Sequence record: HF562234.1
Reading direction: 5' to 3' (one strand)
Length of the DNA: 32,000 nt
The notes beneath the pieces are model-generated. The model was not told the DNA's origin. It did not search any database and was given only the letters and a program-made list of their open reading frames with translations. Positions 8,730 through 20,902 of the stretch are shown here, one piece after another. Positions within the stretch are counted from its first letter, which is position 1; each line of letters starts with the position of its first letter. Position numbers and translations under genes: made by a program.

Positions 8730-8740
8730 TCTATGCAATA

Positions 8741-8762
8741 AAGATTCTTAATTAAGAATCTT
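8741..8762 (+). other. Perfect 22-nt palindrome (9-bp stem, 4-nt loop) in the rpl35-rpl20 spacer
   Basis: The sequence is aagattctt-aatt-aagaatctt. Arms 8741-8749 and 8754-8762 are exact reverse complements. Confidence 0.6.
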
Positions 8763-8809
8763 AGTACGTATAATTTACCTTCTATTATTTACAATTTAAT
8801 ATATCATTT

Positions 8810-9154
8810 ATGATTCGTGTTAAAAGAGGCAATGTTGCCCGCAAAAGAAGAAAAAATATTTTAAAATTAGCTAAAGGGTTTAGAGGTTCTCATTCATCTT
8901 TATTTCGTACAGCAAAGCAGCAAGTTTTAAAGTCTTTAAGATATTCTTATGTAGGTAGAAAAAATAAAAAGCGAGATTATAGACGTTTATGGATTGTACG
9001 TATTAATGCAGCATTAATACCTTTTGGTCTTACATACAGTCAATTTATTTGTGGTCTTAAAAAGAGTCATATCGGTTTAAATCGTAAAATGTTAGGACAA
9101 ATAGCAGTTGTTGATAATAATGCATTTGAACAGCTAATTAACATAACAAAATAA
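8810..9154 (+). CDS. rpl20: 50S ribosomal protein L20
   Basis: 114 aa. [29 protein letters not shown]...[14 protein letters not shown] is the canonical L20 sequence. Confidence 0.96.
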   Translation: MIRVKRGNVARKRRKNILKLAKGFRGSHSSLFRTAKQQVLKSLRYSYVGRKNKKRDYRRLWIVRINAALIPFGLTYSQFICGLKKSHIGLNRKMLGQIAVVDNNAFEQLINITK

Positions 9155-9162
9155 ATTATTTC

Positions 9163-9199
9163 AAGGATGCAAAATATTAAATTTACTTCTTTGCTCCTT
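9163..9199. terminator. Imperfect stem-loop between convergent rpl20 and preA
   Basis: aaggaTgcaaa (9163-9173) pairs with tttgctcctt (9190-9199), giving 10 bp with one bulged T. The loop is 16 nt. It sits in the 76-nt gap between the two 3' ends. Confidence 0.4.
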
Positions 9200-9230
9200 A
9201 TATTCTTATAGTACATCCAATTAATAATTG

Positions 9231-10205
9231 TCAATTCAATCTATTTATTATATAACAACTTATTAATTTTAGTGTATTAATCGATATAGATTTTTGATTA
9301 TTTTCTAAAGCTTGTAATGCGGCTTGAACATGTTCTAATGCTAAATCTCTTGCTTTTTCTATACCTTTGGTAATTTTAATTATTGCTATTGCTTTTTCTG
9401 TATCTCCTTTGTTTTGAAATTCTCTATTAATAAACTTATAAAGTTCAGGTTTTTCTTCTAAAGCAAAAAAAAGAGGAGATGTTAAATTACCATTTTTTAA
9501 GTCTGATCCTGCAGGTTTGCCTAAAGACTTTTGAGATCCTATAATGTCCAAAATATCGTCAATAATTTGAAATGCTAGGCCTAAATGATAGCCATAAAGA
9601 TAAAAGTTCTTTTGCATGTTGTCTTTAGTGTAACTTAATATAGAAGCACCCTTGCAGCTTGCAGCTATTAATGATGCTGTTTTGTAAAAAGATTTTTCTG
9701 TATAATCGTCTATTGAAATATTTGTATCAAAAGTACTTAAACCTTGTCTGACTTCACCTTCAGCAAAATCTGTAATTACTTTAGAAATAGTTTTAACAAC
9801 TTGTAGATTATTTAAATTTGCTAGATACCACGATGATTGTGCAAATAGAAAATCACCTGCTAGTACAGCTACTTTAGTACTAAATTTGTAATGTACAGTA
9901 TTTACTCCTCTTCGTGTTTCACATTCATCAACAATATCATCATGAACTAAACTCGCAGTGTGTATAATTTCTGTAATTTCTGCTAGTCTGTGATGTTCAG
10001 GATGTATTTTTGCAGATTTTGTTGTTGCTTGTGCTATTAATAAAACAATAGCAGGGCGTATTCTCTTGCCTCCAGCATAAAATAGATGATTGGCTGCAGC
10101 ATAAAGTATGGGATTTTTAGCGCCTATCATTTTTTTTAAGTTTGTATCAAGTACTAGTAGTTCATCTTTGATAGGTAGAAAGATATCGTTAGAGATAGTC
10201 GTCAT
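9231..10205 (-). CDS. preA: Polyprenyl (solanesyl-type) diphosphate synthase
   Basis: 324 aa. The first Asp-rich motif is LVHDDIVDE and the second is QIIDDILD. The overall pattern is that of a trans-isoprenyl diphosphate synthase. Confidence 0.92.
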   Translation of the reverse strand: MTTISNDIFLPIKDELLVLDTNLKKMIGAKNPILYAAANHLFYAGGKRIRPAIVLLIAQATTKSAKIHPEHHRLAEITEIIHTASLVHDDIVDECETRRGVNTVHYKFSTKVAVLAGDFLFAQSSWYLANLNNLQVVKTISKVITDFAEGEVRQGLSTFDTNISIDDYTEKSFYKTASLIAASCKGASILSYTKDNMQKNFYLYGYHLGLAFQIIDDILDIIGSQKSLGKPAGSDLKNGNLTSPLFFALEEKPELYKFINREFQNKGDTEKAIAIIKITKGIEKARDLALEHVQAALQALENNQKSISINTLKLISCYIINRLN

Positions 10206-10455
10206 ATGTATGATAAATTATAATTTAATATTTGAAATGCACAAATTATTATAACTTTATTATTAAATGTATTATTATTTATTCATTAATTAATTCTATA
10301 TATTATATATTTTTTCTCTATTATAGTTTAGTTATAAAATCAAGCAAATAGTTATTAATATTATGTTTTTTTATATAGTTTCTTATTGTAAATTAATTTA
10401 TCTATATTTTTTACACAGTATAAAAAATATAATTTTAGGAGATAATTAAATAATT

Positions 10456-11487
10456 ATGAATGATAAAATAGTTTTACCATCAACTTTATCAAGTATTAAT
10501 AATACTAGTTCAGATACTTTGTTGATGCTGTACAAAGATATGCTTCTAGGACGTAGTTTTGAAAATATGTGTGCACAAATGTATTATCGTGGTAAAATGT
10601 TTGGTTTTGTTCATTTATATAATGGTCAAGAAGCTGTATCGACAGGCGTGATTAAATGTTTAAATAATACAGATTATGTATGTAGTACCTATCGTGATCA
10701 TGTACATGCACTAAGTAAAGGTGTACCGGCCAATTTAATTATGGCTGAATTGTTTGGTAAAGAAACAGGATGTAGTCATGGCCGGGGTGGATCAATGCAT
10801 ATTTTTTCAGCAAAGCATAATTTTTTAGGCGGTTTTGCTTTTATTGGAGAAGGAATTCCTATAGCTACTGGAGCAGCTTTTCAAAGTATTTACCGCAGTC
10901 ATGTTTTACAAGATACCAATGAATTACGTGTTACAGCTTGCTTTTTTGGTGATGGCACAACTAATAATGGACAATTCTTCGAATGTTTAAATATGTCTGT
11001 CTTATGGAAGTTACCAATTATATTTGTTGTAGAAAATAATCAATGGGCAATTGGAATGGCTCATCATAGATCTAGCTCATCACCTGAAATACATAAAAAA
11101 GCAAAAGCTTTTGGTTTACCTGGAATAGAAGTAGATGGCATGGATGTTCTGGCTATTAGAAATGTTACTCAACAGGCTATTAAGAGAGCAAGATCTGGAG
11201 AAGGTCCCACTTTGATTGAAGCTTTGACATATAGATTTCGAGGTCATTCTTTAGCAGACCCTGATGAACTAAGATCAAGTCAAGAAAAAGATGCATGGTT
11301 AGCTCGTGATCCAATCAAATATTTTAAGAACTGCCTTTCTGTTAATTCAATTATAGACGACAATTTATTAAATAAAATTCATACAGATGTAAAAGCAGAT
11401 ATTGATCAAGCCGTAAGTTTTGCTTTATCTAGTCCAGAACCTCAGATTAAAGATCTAAAACGTTACTTATTTGTAGAGGACACGTAA
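10456..11487 (+). CDS. odpA: Pyruvate dehydrogenase E1 alpha subunit
   Basis: 343 aa. The TPP-binding region is [18 protein letters not shown]...[11 protein letters not shown], and [15 protein letters not shown] contains the conserved His/Ser region. Confidence 0.94.
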   Translation: MNDKIVLPSTLSSINNTSSDTLLMLYKDMLLGRSFENMCAQMYYRGKMFGFVHLYNGQEAVSTGVIKCLNNTDYVCSTYRDHVHALSKGVPANLIMAELFGKETGCSHGRGGSMHIFSAKHNFLGGFAFIGEGIPIATGAAFQSIYRSHVLQDTNELRVTACFFGDGTTNNGQFFECLNMSVLWKLPIIFVVENNQWAIGMAHHRSSSSPEIHKKAKAFGLPGIEVDGMDVLAIRNVTQQAIKRARSGEGPTLIEALTYRFRGHSLADPDELRSSQEKDAWLARDPIKYFKNCLSVNSIIDDNLLNKIHTDVKADIDQAVSFALSSPEPQIKDLKRYLFVEDT

Positions 11488-11569
11488 GTATGAAAGATTA
11501 ATAGTGCTAAGATAATCAATATTTGTCTATATATTTTCATAAAATTTTAATTTATTACAATAAGATACT

Positions 11570-12547
11570 ATGAGTAAAGTTTTTATGTTTGATGCTTTAA
11601 GAGAAGCAACAAATGAAGAAATGGAAAAAGATGCCTCTGTTTTTGTATTAGGAGAAGATGTAGGTCATTATGGTGGTTCATATAAAGTCACAAAAGATTT
11701 GCATGCAAAATATGGAGATTTAAGAGTTTTAGATACTCCTATTGCAGAAAATAGTTTTATGGGTATGGCAGTAGGAGCAGCTATTACAGGTCTACGGCCT
11801 ATTGTAGAAGGCATGAATATGAGTTTTTTGTTGCTAGCATTCAATCAAATCTCTAATAATGCGGGCATGCTTAGATATACATCCGGTGGTAATTTTAAAA
11901 TACCAATAGTAATTCGAGGACCAGGAGGTGTTGGTAAACAATTAGGCGCTGAACATTCGCAAAGGCTAGAAGCTTATTTTCAAGCTATACCAGGCTTAAA
12001 AATAATAGCTTGTTCAACTCCTTACAATGCTAAAGGTTTACTTAAATCAGCGATACGTGATGATAATCCTGTAATTTTATTTGAACATGTTTTATTATAT
12101 AATCTAAAAGAAGAATTACCAAAATTAGAATATTTTCTACCTTTAGATAAAGCTGAAATAGTTAGAACTGGAAACCAAGTAACAATAGTAACCTATTCTC
12201 GTATGCGTCATCATGTCATGGAAGCTGTAGATACATTGATACAAGAAGATTATGATCCAGAAGTAATAGATTTAATTTCTCTTAAACCTATAGATATTGC
12301 ATCTATTCGGAAGTCTTTAATAAAAACACATAAGCTAATGATAGTAGAAGAATGTATGAAAACGGGTGGAATTGCAGCTGAAATCATTGCTCAAGTAAAT
12401 GATAGTTTATTTGATTATTTAGATGCTCCTGTTGTACGCTTATCTTCTCAAGATATACCTACTCCTTATAATGGTACTCTTGAAAAAGCAACCGTAATAC
12501 ATCCTCATCAGATTATAGATTCTGTGAGGAAATTAGTAGCTATATAA
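11570..12547 (+). CDS. odpB: Pyruvate dehydrogenase E1 beta subunit
   Basis: 325 aa. Contains [32 protein letters not shown] and a transketolase-like C-terminal domain. It lies directly downstream of odpA. Confidence 0.94.
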   Translation: MSKVFMFDALREATNEEMEKDASVFVLGEDVGHYGGSYKVTKDLHAKYGDLRVLDTPIAENSFMGMAVGAAITGLRPIVEGMNMSFLLLAFNQISNNAGMLRYTSGGNFKIPIVIRGPGGVGKQLGAEHSQRLEAYFQAIPGLKIIACSTPYNAKGLLKSAIRDDNPVILFEHVLLYNLKEELPKLEYFLPLDKAEIVRTGNQVTIVTYSRMRHHVMEAVDTLIQEDYDPEVIDLISLKPIDIASIRKSLIKTHKLMIVEECMKTGGIAAEIIAQVNDSLFDYLDAPVVRLSSQDIPTPYNGTLEKATVIHPHQIIDSVRKLVAI

Positions 12548-12605
12548 ATTTATATAATAGAAAATAAGTTTTTATCTTGCTTGTTAGTTTGTACAATATA
12601 AACTG

Positions 12606-13568
12606 TTAAAAATTTATATCTGCAGCTTGCACTTTTTCCCATTGTTTTTTCTTTAAAACAAATAAAATTTGTGCAAGTGTCACGGCAAAGAAAAAAACTA
12701 TCATACTTTTAATCCTTTCAGGACTTTGTAAGACTATCTCAGTTTCACTTTGTCCAAAACCACCTATATTCGGATCACTTGTCATAGCTTGATTGAAAGT
12801 TAAATCATTACCTTCAGATATAATGAGATTTAATCCACGAGGAATACTTTGATTTGAGATATGACCATCTCGGTCTAATACTTCTATATTATAATCTCCT
12901 TGTGTTGATTGGTTAATATTTTTGACTATTCCATTAAATAGTGAAGTAATTGTATTGTTATTTGACTTATCTCCTGTTGGATACAGCTGGCCTCTTCCTC
13001 TATTACCACCTACATATATAGGATATTTTAAAAAATGTACTTTTTTGTTCGTACTTGGATCAGGTGATAAAATAGGAAAAATAATTTCTTTATTTTTATT
13101 TCCTGGTATTGGTCCTACTACTAAAATATTATCTTTATCTGTACTGTAAGGCTGAATATATGTTCCTTTAGTCTTTTCTTTTAATTCTTCAGGAATTAAA
13201 TTTTTAGGTGCTAATTTAAATCCATCAGGTAATATTAAAACAGCTCCCATATTTAAAGGACCCTTGTTTCCATTTCCTAAAATTTGTTCACTTTGAGTAT
13301 CGTATGGTATTTTTACTTTTGCTGCGAAGACTGTGTTTGGTAAAACGGATTGAGGTGTTTCAATCTCAACTGCTTTTTGTGCTAAGTGACAATTTGCACA
13401 TACAATACGTCCTGTTGCTTCTCTAGGATCATCGTATCCTTGCTGAGCATACAATGGAAATGCATTTGTATTTAATGGATATATTATATTAAGAAATATA
13501 ATACCCAAGTACATGCATATAAATATTTGAATAGTTGTTATCCAGTTTTTTGGTTTATTTAGTTTCAT
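12606..13568 (-). CDS. petA: Cytochrome f (apocytochrome f precursor)
   Basis: 320 aa. A signal peptide is followed by the mature N-terminus YPLYAQQGYDDPREATGRIVCANCHLA (CxxCH heme site). A C-terminal TM anchor is present. Confidence 0.96.
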   Translation of the reverse strand: MKLNKPKNWITTIQIFICMYLGIIFLNIIYPLNTNAFPLYAQQGYDDPREATGRIVCANCHLAQKAVEIETPQSVLPNTVFAAKVKIPYDTQSEQILGNGNKGPLNMGAVLILPDGFKLAPKNLIPEELKEKTKGTYIQPYSTDKDNILVVGPIPGNKNKEIIFPILSPDPSTNKKVHFLKYPIYVGGNRGRGQLYPTGDKSNNNTITSLFNGIVKNINQSTQGDYNIEVLDRDGHISNQSIPRGLNLIISEGNDLTFNQAMTSDPNIGGFGQSETEIVLQSPERIKSMIVFFFAVTLAQILFVLKKKQWEKVQAADINF

Positions 13569-13709
13569 GTAATTTGATTTTATAATGCAGATTCAAAAAA
13601 TTTTATACTTCTTCTTTATAATAACACTCTATATTTATTATTATTATTAAATAAAAAGTATTGCCATATTTTTAACTTAATATTTATATAAGATTTAATA
13701 TAAATAATA

Positions 13710-14426
13710 TTATTTATTAATTATTTTAAGTACTAAAATACCAGCAAGATATAGTAACATTATTGCTGATGATAAACAAATTTGTGTCATTGGATCAGTT
13801 GAAGGAGTTAGAATAGCTCCTATTATAGTTGAGAAAAAAATAGTGTATTTCCAATAAGATAACATGTTATCGGATGAAAAGATTTCTAGTATTCCTAATA
13901 TAATTTGAATTATAGGTATTTGAAATGCTACACCTGTACTAAATAATAGTAATAGAATAAAATTGAAATATTGTTCAAAAGACCATAGAGGTTCAACAAT
14001 TTCTGATCCATATTGAATAAAGAAAGATAAAGCAGCTGGTGCTAAGATTTGATATGCAAATAATAAACCAATAAAAAATAGTATAATAGAAGATATCAGA
14101 GCAGGTACTATTAAAGAAGCTTCTTGTTTTGTTAACCCAGGTAAAATAAACAGCATAATTTGATAAATTATAAATGGACTACTTAAAATGAATCCTGCAT
14201 ATACAGCTACTTTAATAGAAACAAAAAAATATTCACCAGGTGCAAGCTGTAAAAATTTTATGCCAGTTGCGGGTTGTTGTAGAATATAAGCTATGTTTTT
14301 AATATATATAAAACATATAGTATTAAATATCAAAAAGATAGATAAAGAAAAAAATATTCTTTGCCTTAATTCTTCTAAATGTTCTGAAATAGGCATCTTT
14401 GTTTTATTTTCCCATTGTTTTTTCAT
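13710..14426 (-). CDS. tatC: Sec-independent protein translocase TatC (ycf43)
   Basis: 238 aa. MPISEHLEELRQRIFFS matches the TatC N-terminal motif, followed by six hydrophobic segments. It is co-oriented upstream of petA. Confidence 0.9.
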   Translation of the reverse strand: MKKQWENKTKMPISEHLEELRQRIFFSLSIFLIFNTICFIYIKNIAYILQQPATGIKFLQLAPGEYFFVSIKVAVYAGFILSSPFIIYQIMLFILPGLTKQEASLIVPALISSIILFFIGLLFAYQILAPAALSFFIQYGSEIVEPLWSFEQYFNFILLLLFSTGVAFQIPIIQIILGILEIFSSDNMLSYWKYTIFFSTIIGAILTPSTDPMTQICLSSAIMLLYLAGILVLKIINK

Positions 14427-14739
14427 AATAGTCGTTATTTTTTCAAGTATTTGTTATCTTATTAGGTAATCTAGAAGTTCGTAAATATTATATGTTAAAA
14501 AAATGAATCAAAAATATAATTATATATTGAACAAGTATTACAAAATCTGTCTTTATTCAAAGTAGCTTAATTTTTAAATATATTATAAGAAGAAGTATTT
14601 AAAAAAATACAAAAGCTGTAAGCTACAAAATTTTCCTTTTTGTTTATTAATTAATACAGCATAAAATATAAATAACTCTAATTATATAATTGGATAGTTG
14701 TTAGTTCTATATAAACAAATAAAAGTTTAATCTTATTGT

Positions 14740-14745
14740 AAGGAG
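14740..14745 (+). promoter_or_regulatory. Shine-Dalgarno sequence of apcE
   Basis: AAGGAG lies 10 nt upstream of the apcE ATG at 14756. Confidence 0.6.
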
Positions 14746-14755
14746 AAAAAATTTT

Positions 14756-17419
14756 ATGATAGTTAAAGCAAGTGGAGGAAGTCCTGTGGCACGACCACAG
14801 CTTTATCGAACAGCATCGATATCAACGATTGCGCAAGCAGAGCAACAAGATAGATTTTTGCAATTAGGCGAATTGAATGAATTAGTTGCTTTCCTAAATT
14901 CTGGAAGTAAAAGATTGGAAGTTGCTGATTTACTTGGTAAAAATGCTAATATTTTAGTTGCTAAAGCAGCTGATAAAATATTTATTGGTGGATCAGCTAT
15001 AGCATATCTTGAAAGGCCTCAGGCATCATTTTTATCTTCTGAGATTAAAGATAATACAGGCAGTTTATCTGGTAATACTCAGAATAATATTTTTCAAAGT
15101 GTTACATCTGTTTTTAGTACTAATGATTCATTACCTCCAGGATTTAAGCCCATTAATATAGTACGTTATGGGTCAGTAAGAATGAAAAAATCTTTACGTG
15201 ATTTAGACTGGTTCTTAAGATACCTGACTTATGCGATTGTTACTGGAGATCCCAATATATTATCAGTTAATATTCGAGGATTAAGAGAGTTGATTGATAA
15301 CGCTTGTTCTAGTGCAGCTGCTACAGTTGCTTTACGAGAAATGCGGCAAGTTGCTCTTACTATCTTTACTGATGATATAGAAGGCCAATTATTAGTAAAA
15401 GAATATTTTAACGTAGTAATTAAAGAATTTGATGCTTCATCTTTAACGGATAAATTAAGAAAAAGAGAGTCAGGTGATTTACAAGGTTTACGTTTACCTC
15501 AAATTTATGCAAAAGCAGGTGTTGCAACCCAACGATTTGTAATGAAAACTTCTTTATCTACAGAAGAAAAAAATACTGTTATTCATGCTTGTTATAGACA
15601 AGTCTTTGAAAGAGATATAGCTAAAGCATATGATTTAGTCTTTTTTGATCTAGAATCTCAAGTGAAGAATGGTCAATTATCCGTAAAAGAATTTATACGA
15701 TTACTAGGAAAATCATCTATTTATAGAAAGCAGTTTTTTGAACCTTTTGTAAATAGTAGAGCCTTAGAGTTAGCATTTAAACATTTTTTAGGTAGAGGAC
15801 CAAGCTCATTAGAAGAATTTCAAAGATATTTTTCTGTTATCTCTTCTAGAGGACTTGCTGGACTTGTTGATAGCTTAATAAATTCTACAGAATATTCTGA
15901 TTATTTTGCAGAAGAAACAGTTCCTTACGCAAGGAGTCTAGGAGAGGAACCTCAAGAATCACGAAATTGGGGTGCTCAAATAGATTTATTTAACTATAGT
16001 ACTGTTTTTAGAAAAATCCCTCAATTTATTACTCTGTTTAGTGATTATAAAAATAGTTTACCAGATCAACATCCATATGGATTAAGTAATGATCCTTTAG
16101 GTATACAATTTGGAGCAATCTTTCCTCAAAATACTATAAATTTACGAAAAAAATCTGCGCCTTTTACTAAAGATACTCGTAGAATTTTAATCAGAAGAGG
16201 TCCTGGAATCTACAATCAGATAAGTCAACCTAGTTTACGTTCTAAATTAACCGAATCTTTAGGCCCTAAAGTGTTTAAATTAAATAATGTAGCTAGCAAA
16301 GTAGCTGTACTTCAAGATCAGGAGAATGTTGAAGCAAATTTAAGCCAAGTAATTAGAGCTACTTACTTAAGAGTTTTTGGTCGAGTTATTTATCAGGAAG
16401 AATTATTGAATCTTAAAAGATTTGAAAATCAGTTAAGAGAAGGTCAAATCTCTGTAAGAAATTTTGTGCGCTTATTAGCAAAAACATCTATTTTTAGATC
16501 TTTGTATTGGGAACCTTTATATATTTGTAAAGCTATCGAATATATTCACTGTAGATTATTAGGTAGACCTACATACGGAAGACAAGAGATTAATAAATAT
16601 TTTAATATAGTATATAAGCAAAGTTATTATAAATTGATCGATGCTATTATCGATAGTACAGAATATATAGAGTGTTTTGCAGACAATATAGTTCCTTATG
16701 AAAGATACAATACAGCTTCTACAGTATCTTCTAGAAATTTAAGATCTGGTATAAGTGCAATGCAATTACAAGTCCTATTACCAAATCAAAAACCAGCAAA
16801 GTTCATTGATTTAGGTTCAATTCAAGAAATTCGCAGTAATAACTGTATTCAACAAAGATTGTTACAAGGAGTAACTTCAAAAAGAGATCAAACAGTAATC
16901 TTTAAAGTACAGCAATCCACTAATAAATCTGAAATTAAGCAAATATTAAGAGCACTATACAGACAAATCTTTGAGAGAGATTTAAACTCATTTACATTAG
17001 GAGATGAATTTTATAATTTAGAAAAAGCATTTCTAAATCAAGAAATAAATATACAGCAACTTATAGAGCAGCTTGGTTCTTCTTCATTATATCGTAAAGA
17101 GTTTTACCAACCATACCCAAATACCAAAGTCATTGAACTCGGTACGAAACACTTTTTAGGTCGTGCTCCTAATAATCAAGCTGAAATAAGGTATTATAAT
17201 CAAATATTGGCTTCTCAAGGGTTATCTTATTTTATTTCAGCGTTAGTGAATAGTGTAGAGTACAACGCAATTTTTGGTTCGAATATTGTACCTTACCGAC
17301 GTTTTCCAACATTACCAGCAGCTAATTTCCCAAATACAGAAAAGTTATATAATGCGTTAACTAAGCAAAACGAAATCATAGTTGTGCCAAGCTTTAAAGC
17401 TATTGCTGGTAATCAATAA
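14756..17419 (+). CDS. apcE: Phycobilisome core-membrane linker (LCM, anchor polypeptide)
   Basis: 887 aa. The N-terminal phycobiliprotein-like domain is interrupted by a loop insertion (about aa 85-135) and has Cys in IDNACSS. Three linker REP repeats follow, each starting near YRQVFERD, YLRVFGR and YRQIFERD and containing ...FLGR.P....E. Confidence 0.96.
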   Translation: MIVKASGGSPVARPQLYRTASISTIAQAEQQDRFLQLGELNELVAFLNSGSKRLEVADLLGKNANILVAKAADKIFIGGSAIAYLERPQASFLSSEIKDNTGSLSGNTQNNIFQSVTSVFSTNDSLPPGFKPINIVRYGSVRMKKSLRDLDWFLRYLTYAIVTGDPNILSVNIRGLRELIDNACSSAAATVALREMRQVALTIFTDDIEGQLLVKEYFNVVIKEFDASSLTDKLRKRESGDLQGLRLPQIYAKAGVATQRFVMKTSLSTEEKNTVIHACYRQVFERDIAKAYDLVFFDLESQVKNGQLSVKEFIRLLGKSSIYRKQFFEPFVNSRALELAFKHFLGRGPSSLEEFQRYFSVISSRGLAGLVDSLINSTEYSDYFAEETVPYARSLGEEPQESRNWGAQIDLFNYSTVFRKIPQFITLFSDYKNSLPDQHPYGLSNDPLGIQFGAIFPQNTINLRKKSAPFTKDTRRILIRRGPGIYNQISQPSLRSKLTESLGPKVFKLNNVASKVAVLQDQENVEANLSQVIRATYLRVFGRVIYQEELLNLKRFENQLREGQISVRNFVRLLAKTSIFRSLYWEPLYICKAIEYIHCRLLGRPTYGRQEINKYFNIVYKQSYYKLIDAIIDSTEYIECFADNIVPYERYNTASTVSSRNLRSGISAMQLQVLLPNQKPAKFIDLGSIQEIRSNNCIQQRLLQGVTSKRDQTVIFKVQQSTNKSEIKQILRALYRQIFERDLNSFTLGDEFYNLEKAFLNQEINIQQLIEQLGSSSLYRKEFYQPYPNTKVIELGTKHFLGRAPNNQAEIRYYNQILASQGLSYFISALVNSVEYNAIFGSNIVPYRRFPTLPAANFPNTEKLYNALTKQNEIIVVPSFKAIAGNQ

Positions 17420-17598
17420 AATTACTGAATTGTTCAACGATAGTCTTTCTTGCTTGAGTACTTTACGAAAATAGTTTTTAGTACCTATAATAAAAGCTAT
17501 GATTCCTGGTGTTAACTAATTAATTGTATTGTATAATAGTATTATATATATAATTAGATTTATCGTGTTAATTAATTTTTATTTAATACAAAATAGCT

Positions 17599-17604
17599 AA
17601 GGAG
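17599..17604 (+). promoter_or_regulatory. Shine-Dalgarno sequence of apcA
   Basis: AAGGAG lies 8 nt upstream of the apcA ATG at 17613. Confidence 0.6.
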
Positions 17605-17612
17605 TTTAATAA

Positions 17613-18098
17613 ATGAGTATAGTAACTAAATCAATTGTAAATGCTGATGCAGAAGCTAGGTATTTAAGTCCAGGCGAATTAGATCGTATTAAAAGTTTTG
17701 TTTTATCTGGTAAACGGAGATTAAGAATAGCTCAAGTATTAACAGATAATCGTGAACTTATTGTAAAACAAGGTGGTCAGCAATTATTTCAAAAGCGTCC
17801 AGATGTTGTTTCTCCAGGAGGAAATGCATATGGTGAAGAAATGACAGCTACTTGTTTACGTGATTTAGACTATTATTTACGCTTAGTAACATATGGTATA
17901 GTTGCAGGAGATGTTACACCCATTGAAGAAATTGGATTAGTAGGTGTAAAAGAAATGTATAATTCATTAGGTACTCCAATTTCTGGTGTAGCAGAAGGTA
18001 TTCGTTCTATGAAAGGTGCGGCTTGTTCATTATTGTCAGGAGAAGACTCTGCAGAAGCAGGTTTTTATTTTGATTATACTTTAGGAGCAATGCAGTAA
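17613..18098 (+). CDS. apcA: Allophycocyanin alpha subunit
   Basis: 161 aa. [27 protein letters not shown] is the ApcA N-terminus. The bilin-binding Cys lies in [15 protein letters not shown]. Confidence 0.97.
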   Translation: MSIVTKSIVNADAEARYLSPGELDRIKSFVLSGKRRLRIAQVLTDNRELIVKQGGQQLFQKRPDVVSPGGNAYGEEMTATCLRDLDYYLRLVTYGIVAGDVTPIEEIGLVGVKEMYNSLGTPISGVAEGIRSMKGAACSLLSGEDSAEAGFYFDYTLGAMQ

Positions 18099-18151
18099 AA
18101 ATATACTAAAGATATATTTTATATTAATATAAAGTAAGGAAATTAAATATT

Positions 18152-18637
18152 ATGCAAGATGCTATTACTTCTGTAATTAATACAGCCGATGTACAAGGAA
18201 AATATTTAGACGATAACTCGTTAGAAAAATTACGTGGTTATTTTCAAACTGGTGAACTAAGAGTACGTGCAGCTGCTACTATTGCAGCGAATGCAGCGAC
18301 TATTATTAAAGAATCAGTTGCTAAAGCTTTGTTATATTCCGATATTACGAGACCTGGTGGTAATATGTATACAACAAGACGCTATGCAGCATGTATTAGA
18401 GATTTAGATTATTATTTAAGATATGCTACTTATGGTATGTTAGCAGGAGATCCATCTATCTTAGATGAACGTGTCTTGAATGGTTTAAAAGAAACATATA
18501 ATTCATTAGGTGTACCAATCGGAGCAACGATTCAGACTATACAAGCAATGAAAGAAGTTACGGCTAAACTTGTAGGCTCTGATGCTGGTAAAGAAATGAG
18601 CTTATATTTCGATTATATTTGTTCTGGATTAAGTTAA
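18152..18637 (+). CDS. apcB: Allophycocyanin beta subunit
   Basis: 161 aa. [20 protein letters not shown] is the ApcB N-terminus. The bilin-binding Cys lies in [14 protein letters not shown]. Confidence 0.97.
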   Translation: MQDAITSVINTADVQGKYLDDNSLEKLRGYFQTGELRVRAAATIAANAATIIKESVAKALLYSDITRPGGNMYTTRRYAACIRDLDYYLRYATYGMLAGDPSILDERVLNGLKETYNSLGVPIGATIQTIQAMKEVTAKLVGSDAGKEMSLYFDYICSGLS

Positions 18638-18659
18638 TATTAGATTAATTATAGTAAAA

Positions 18660-18689
18660 TCATAAGGAAGTTATTAAGCTTCCTTATGA
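18660..18689. terminator. Stem-loop shared by convergent apcB and atpE 3' ends
   Basis: tcataaggaag (18660-18670) pairs with cttccttatga (18679-18689), giving an 11-bp perfect stem and an 8-nt loop. It is the only structured element in the 66-nt convergent spacer. Confidence 0.6.
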
Positions 18690-18703
18690 GAACTATTTAA
18701 GCT

Positions 18704-19108
18704 TTAATTATTTAATACATTTATAGCTTGTATTCTAGCACGTGCTTTTCTCAAGTTTTGCGTTGCTTCTATCTTATCTTTATTACTTTTTGCTTCTGAT
18801 AAAGCAATAGTTGCTTCTTCTAAGTTATTTTGAGCATTATTAATATCTATACTATCAGCTTTTTCTGCACCATTAACTAGTATTGTGATATTATCATCTT
18901 CTATTTCTGCAAATCCTCCTAAAAGAATAATTGGTTGCCACTCTCTATCAATACGTACACGCATAACACCTATATCTAGAGCTGTTAATAATGGTATATG
19001 GCCTTTCAAAATGCCTAGTTGTCCAGTACTGCTGGGTAAAATAACTTCTTCTGCATTTGCATCCCACACAGTTTTATCTGGAGCAATTACACGTATATTT
19101 AATGTCAT
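18704..19108 (-). CDS. atpE: ATP synthase CF1 epsilon subunit
   Basis: 134 aa. MTLNIRVIAPDKTVWDANAEEVILPSSTGQLGILKGHIPLLTALDIGVMRVR is canonical AtpE. It lies 14 nt downstream of atpB. Confidence 0.95.
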   Translation of the reverse strand: MTLNIRVIAPDKTVWDANAEEVILPSSTGQLGILKGHIPLLTALDIGVMRVRIDREWQPIILLGGFAEIEDDNITILVNGAEKADSIDINNAQNNLEEATIALSEAKSNKDKIEATQNLRKARARIQAINVLNN

Positions 19109-19122
19109 GTAATGTTATCCTT

Positions 19123-20544
<1,422 letters not shown>

Positions 20545-20607
20545 TTATGTTCAAGATTATTATTTAGTCAATAGGTAAAATTTCTATTTAAATTAATATT
20601 ATTTTGT

Positions 20608-20635
20608 AAGAATATTTACTTATATTCTTTTTTTT
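20608..20635. other. Hairpin plus T-run in the atpB upstream spacer
   Basis: aagaatat (20608-20615) pairs with atattctt (20622-20629) around a 6-nt loop. T residues run on the plus strand to 20635. It lies about 70-90 nt upstream of the atpB ATG, which is on the minus strand. Confidence 0.4.
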
Positions 20636-20693
20636 CATCTGAATAATGCAAATTGTACTTTAAGTTACTATATATTATATTTGATACTTCTAT

Positions 20694-20721
20694 AAAAAAA
20701 TATTTACTTGAAGTAAATATT
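20694..20721 (-). terminator. Intrinsic-terminator-like hairpin plus U-run downstream of ycf3
   Basis: The palindrome aatatttactt-g-aagtaaatatt spans 20699-20721 with 11-nt arms. On the minus strand it is followed by a T-run (complement of the A-run 20694-20700). It lies about 180 nt past the ycf3 stop. Confidence 0.5.
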
Positions 20722-20902
20722 TGATAATTATTAATAAACAATACTGTACTCAATCAATAATAAAATGTTTAAATAGACTGTCTATGTGAATAATTTATTA
20801 AAAAAGCTAAAAATGATATTATAGTAATAATATTCAATATATATTTTAAAACTTATTTACTTTTTTAATTCTATAATATGAATTTTGATATTTAAACAGA
20901 TA

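Noticed and set aside
10363-10449. 28-codon hydrophobic ORF (MFFYIVSYCKLIYLYFLHSIKNIILGDN) upstream of odpA
   Set aside because: It matches no small plastid gene I know (psb, pet, psa or ycf). It overlaps the odpA ribosome-binding region, and its Phe/Tyr/Ile content simply reflects AT-rich spacer DNA.
12922-13149. 75-aa plus-strand ORF inside petA
   Set aside because: It is antisense to cytochrome f, has no family resemblance and is a frame artefact of the conserved gene.
13635-13649. (TTA)5 microsatellite in the tatC-petA spacer
   Set aside because: It is a trivial low-complexity repeat, expected in AT-rich spacer DNA, and has no functional implication.
14427-14755. Large AT-rich spacers (14427-14755, 10206-10455, 20542-20902) as possible hiding places for plastid ncRNAs (ffs, ssrA, rnpB) or small genes
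   Set aside because: Reading both strands, I found no SRP-RNA-like GGAA/AGCA helix-8 motif, no tRNA-like tmRNA ends and no GC-rich structured core. I also found no ORF resembling a known small plastid protein. They look like divergent promoter or leader regions.
17532-17537. Consensus TATAAT box in the apcE-apcA spacer, as a possible internal apcAB promoter
   Set aside because: No acceptable -35 element lies at 16-18 nt spacing (GTGTTA at best). TATAAT-like hexamers are abundant in DNA this AT-rich, so the call is not supportable from sequence alone.
18885-19112. 75-aa plus-strand ORF inside atpE (a similar 74-aa ORF lies at 20288-20512 inside atpB)
   Set aside because: Both are antisense shadows of highly conserved ATP synthase genes. 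The Pro/Ser/Thr-rich translations are typical of reverse-frame reading.
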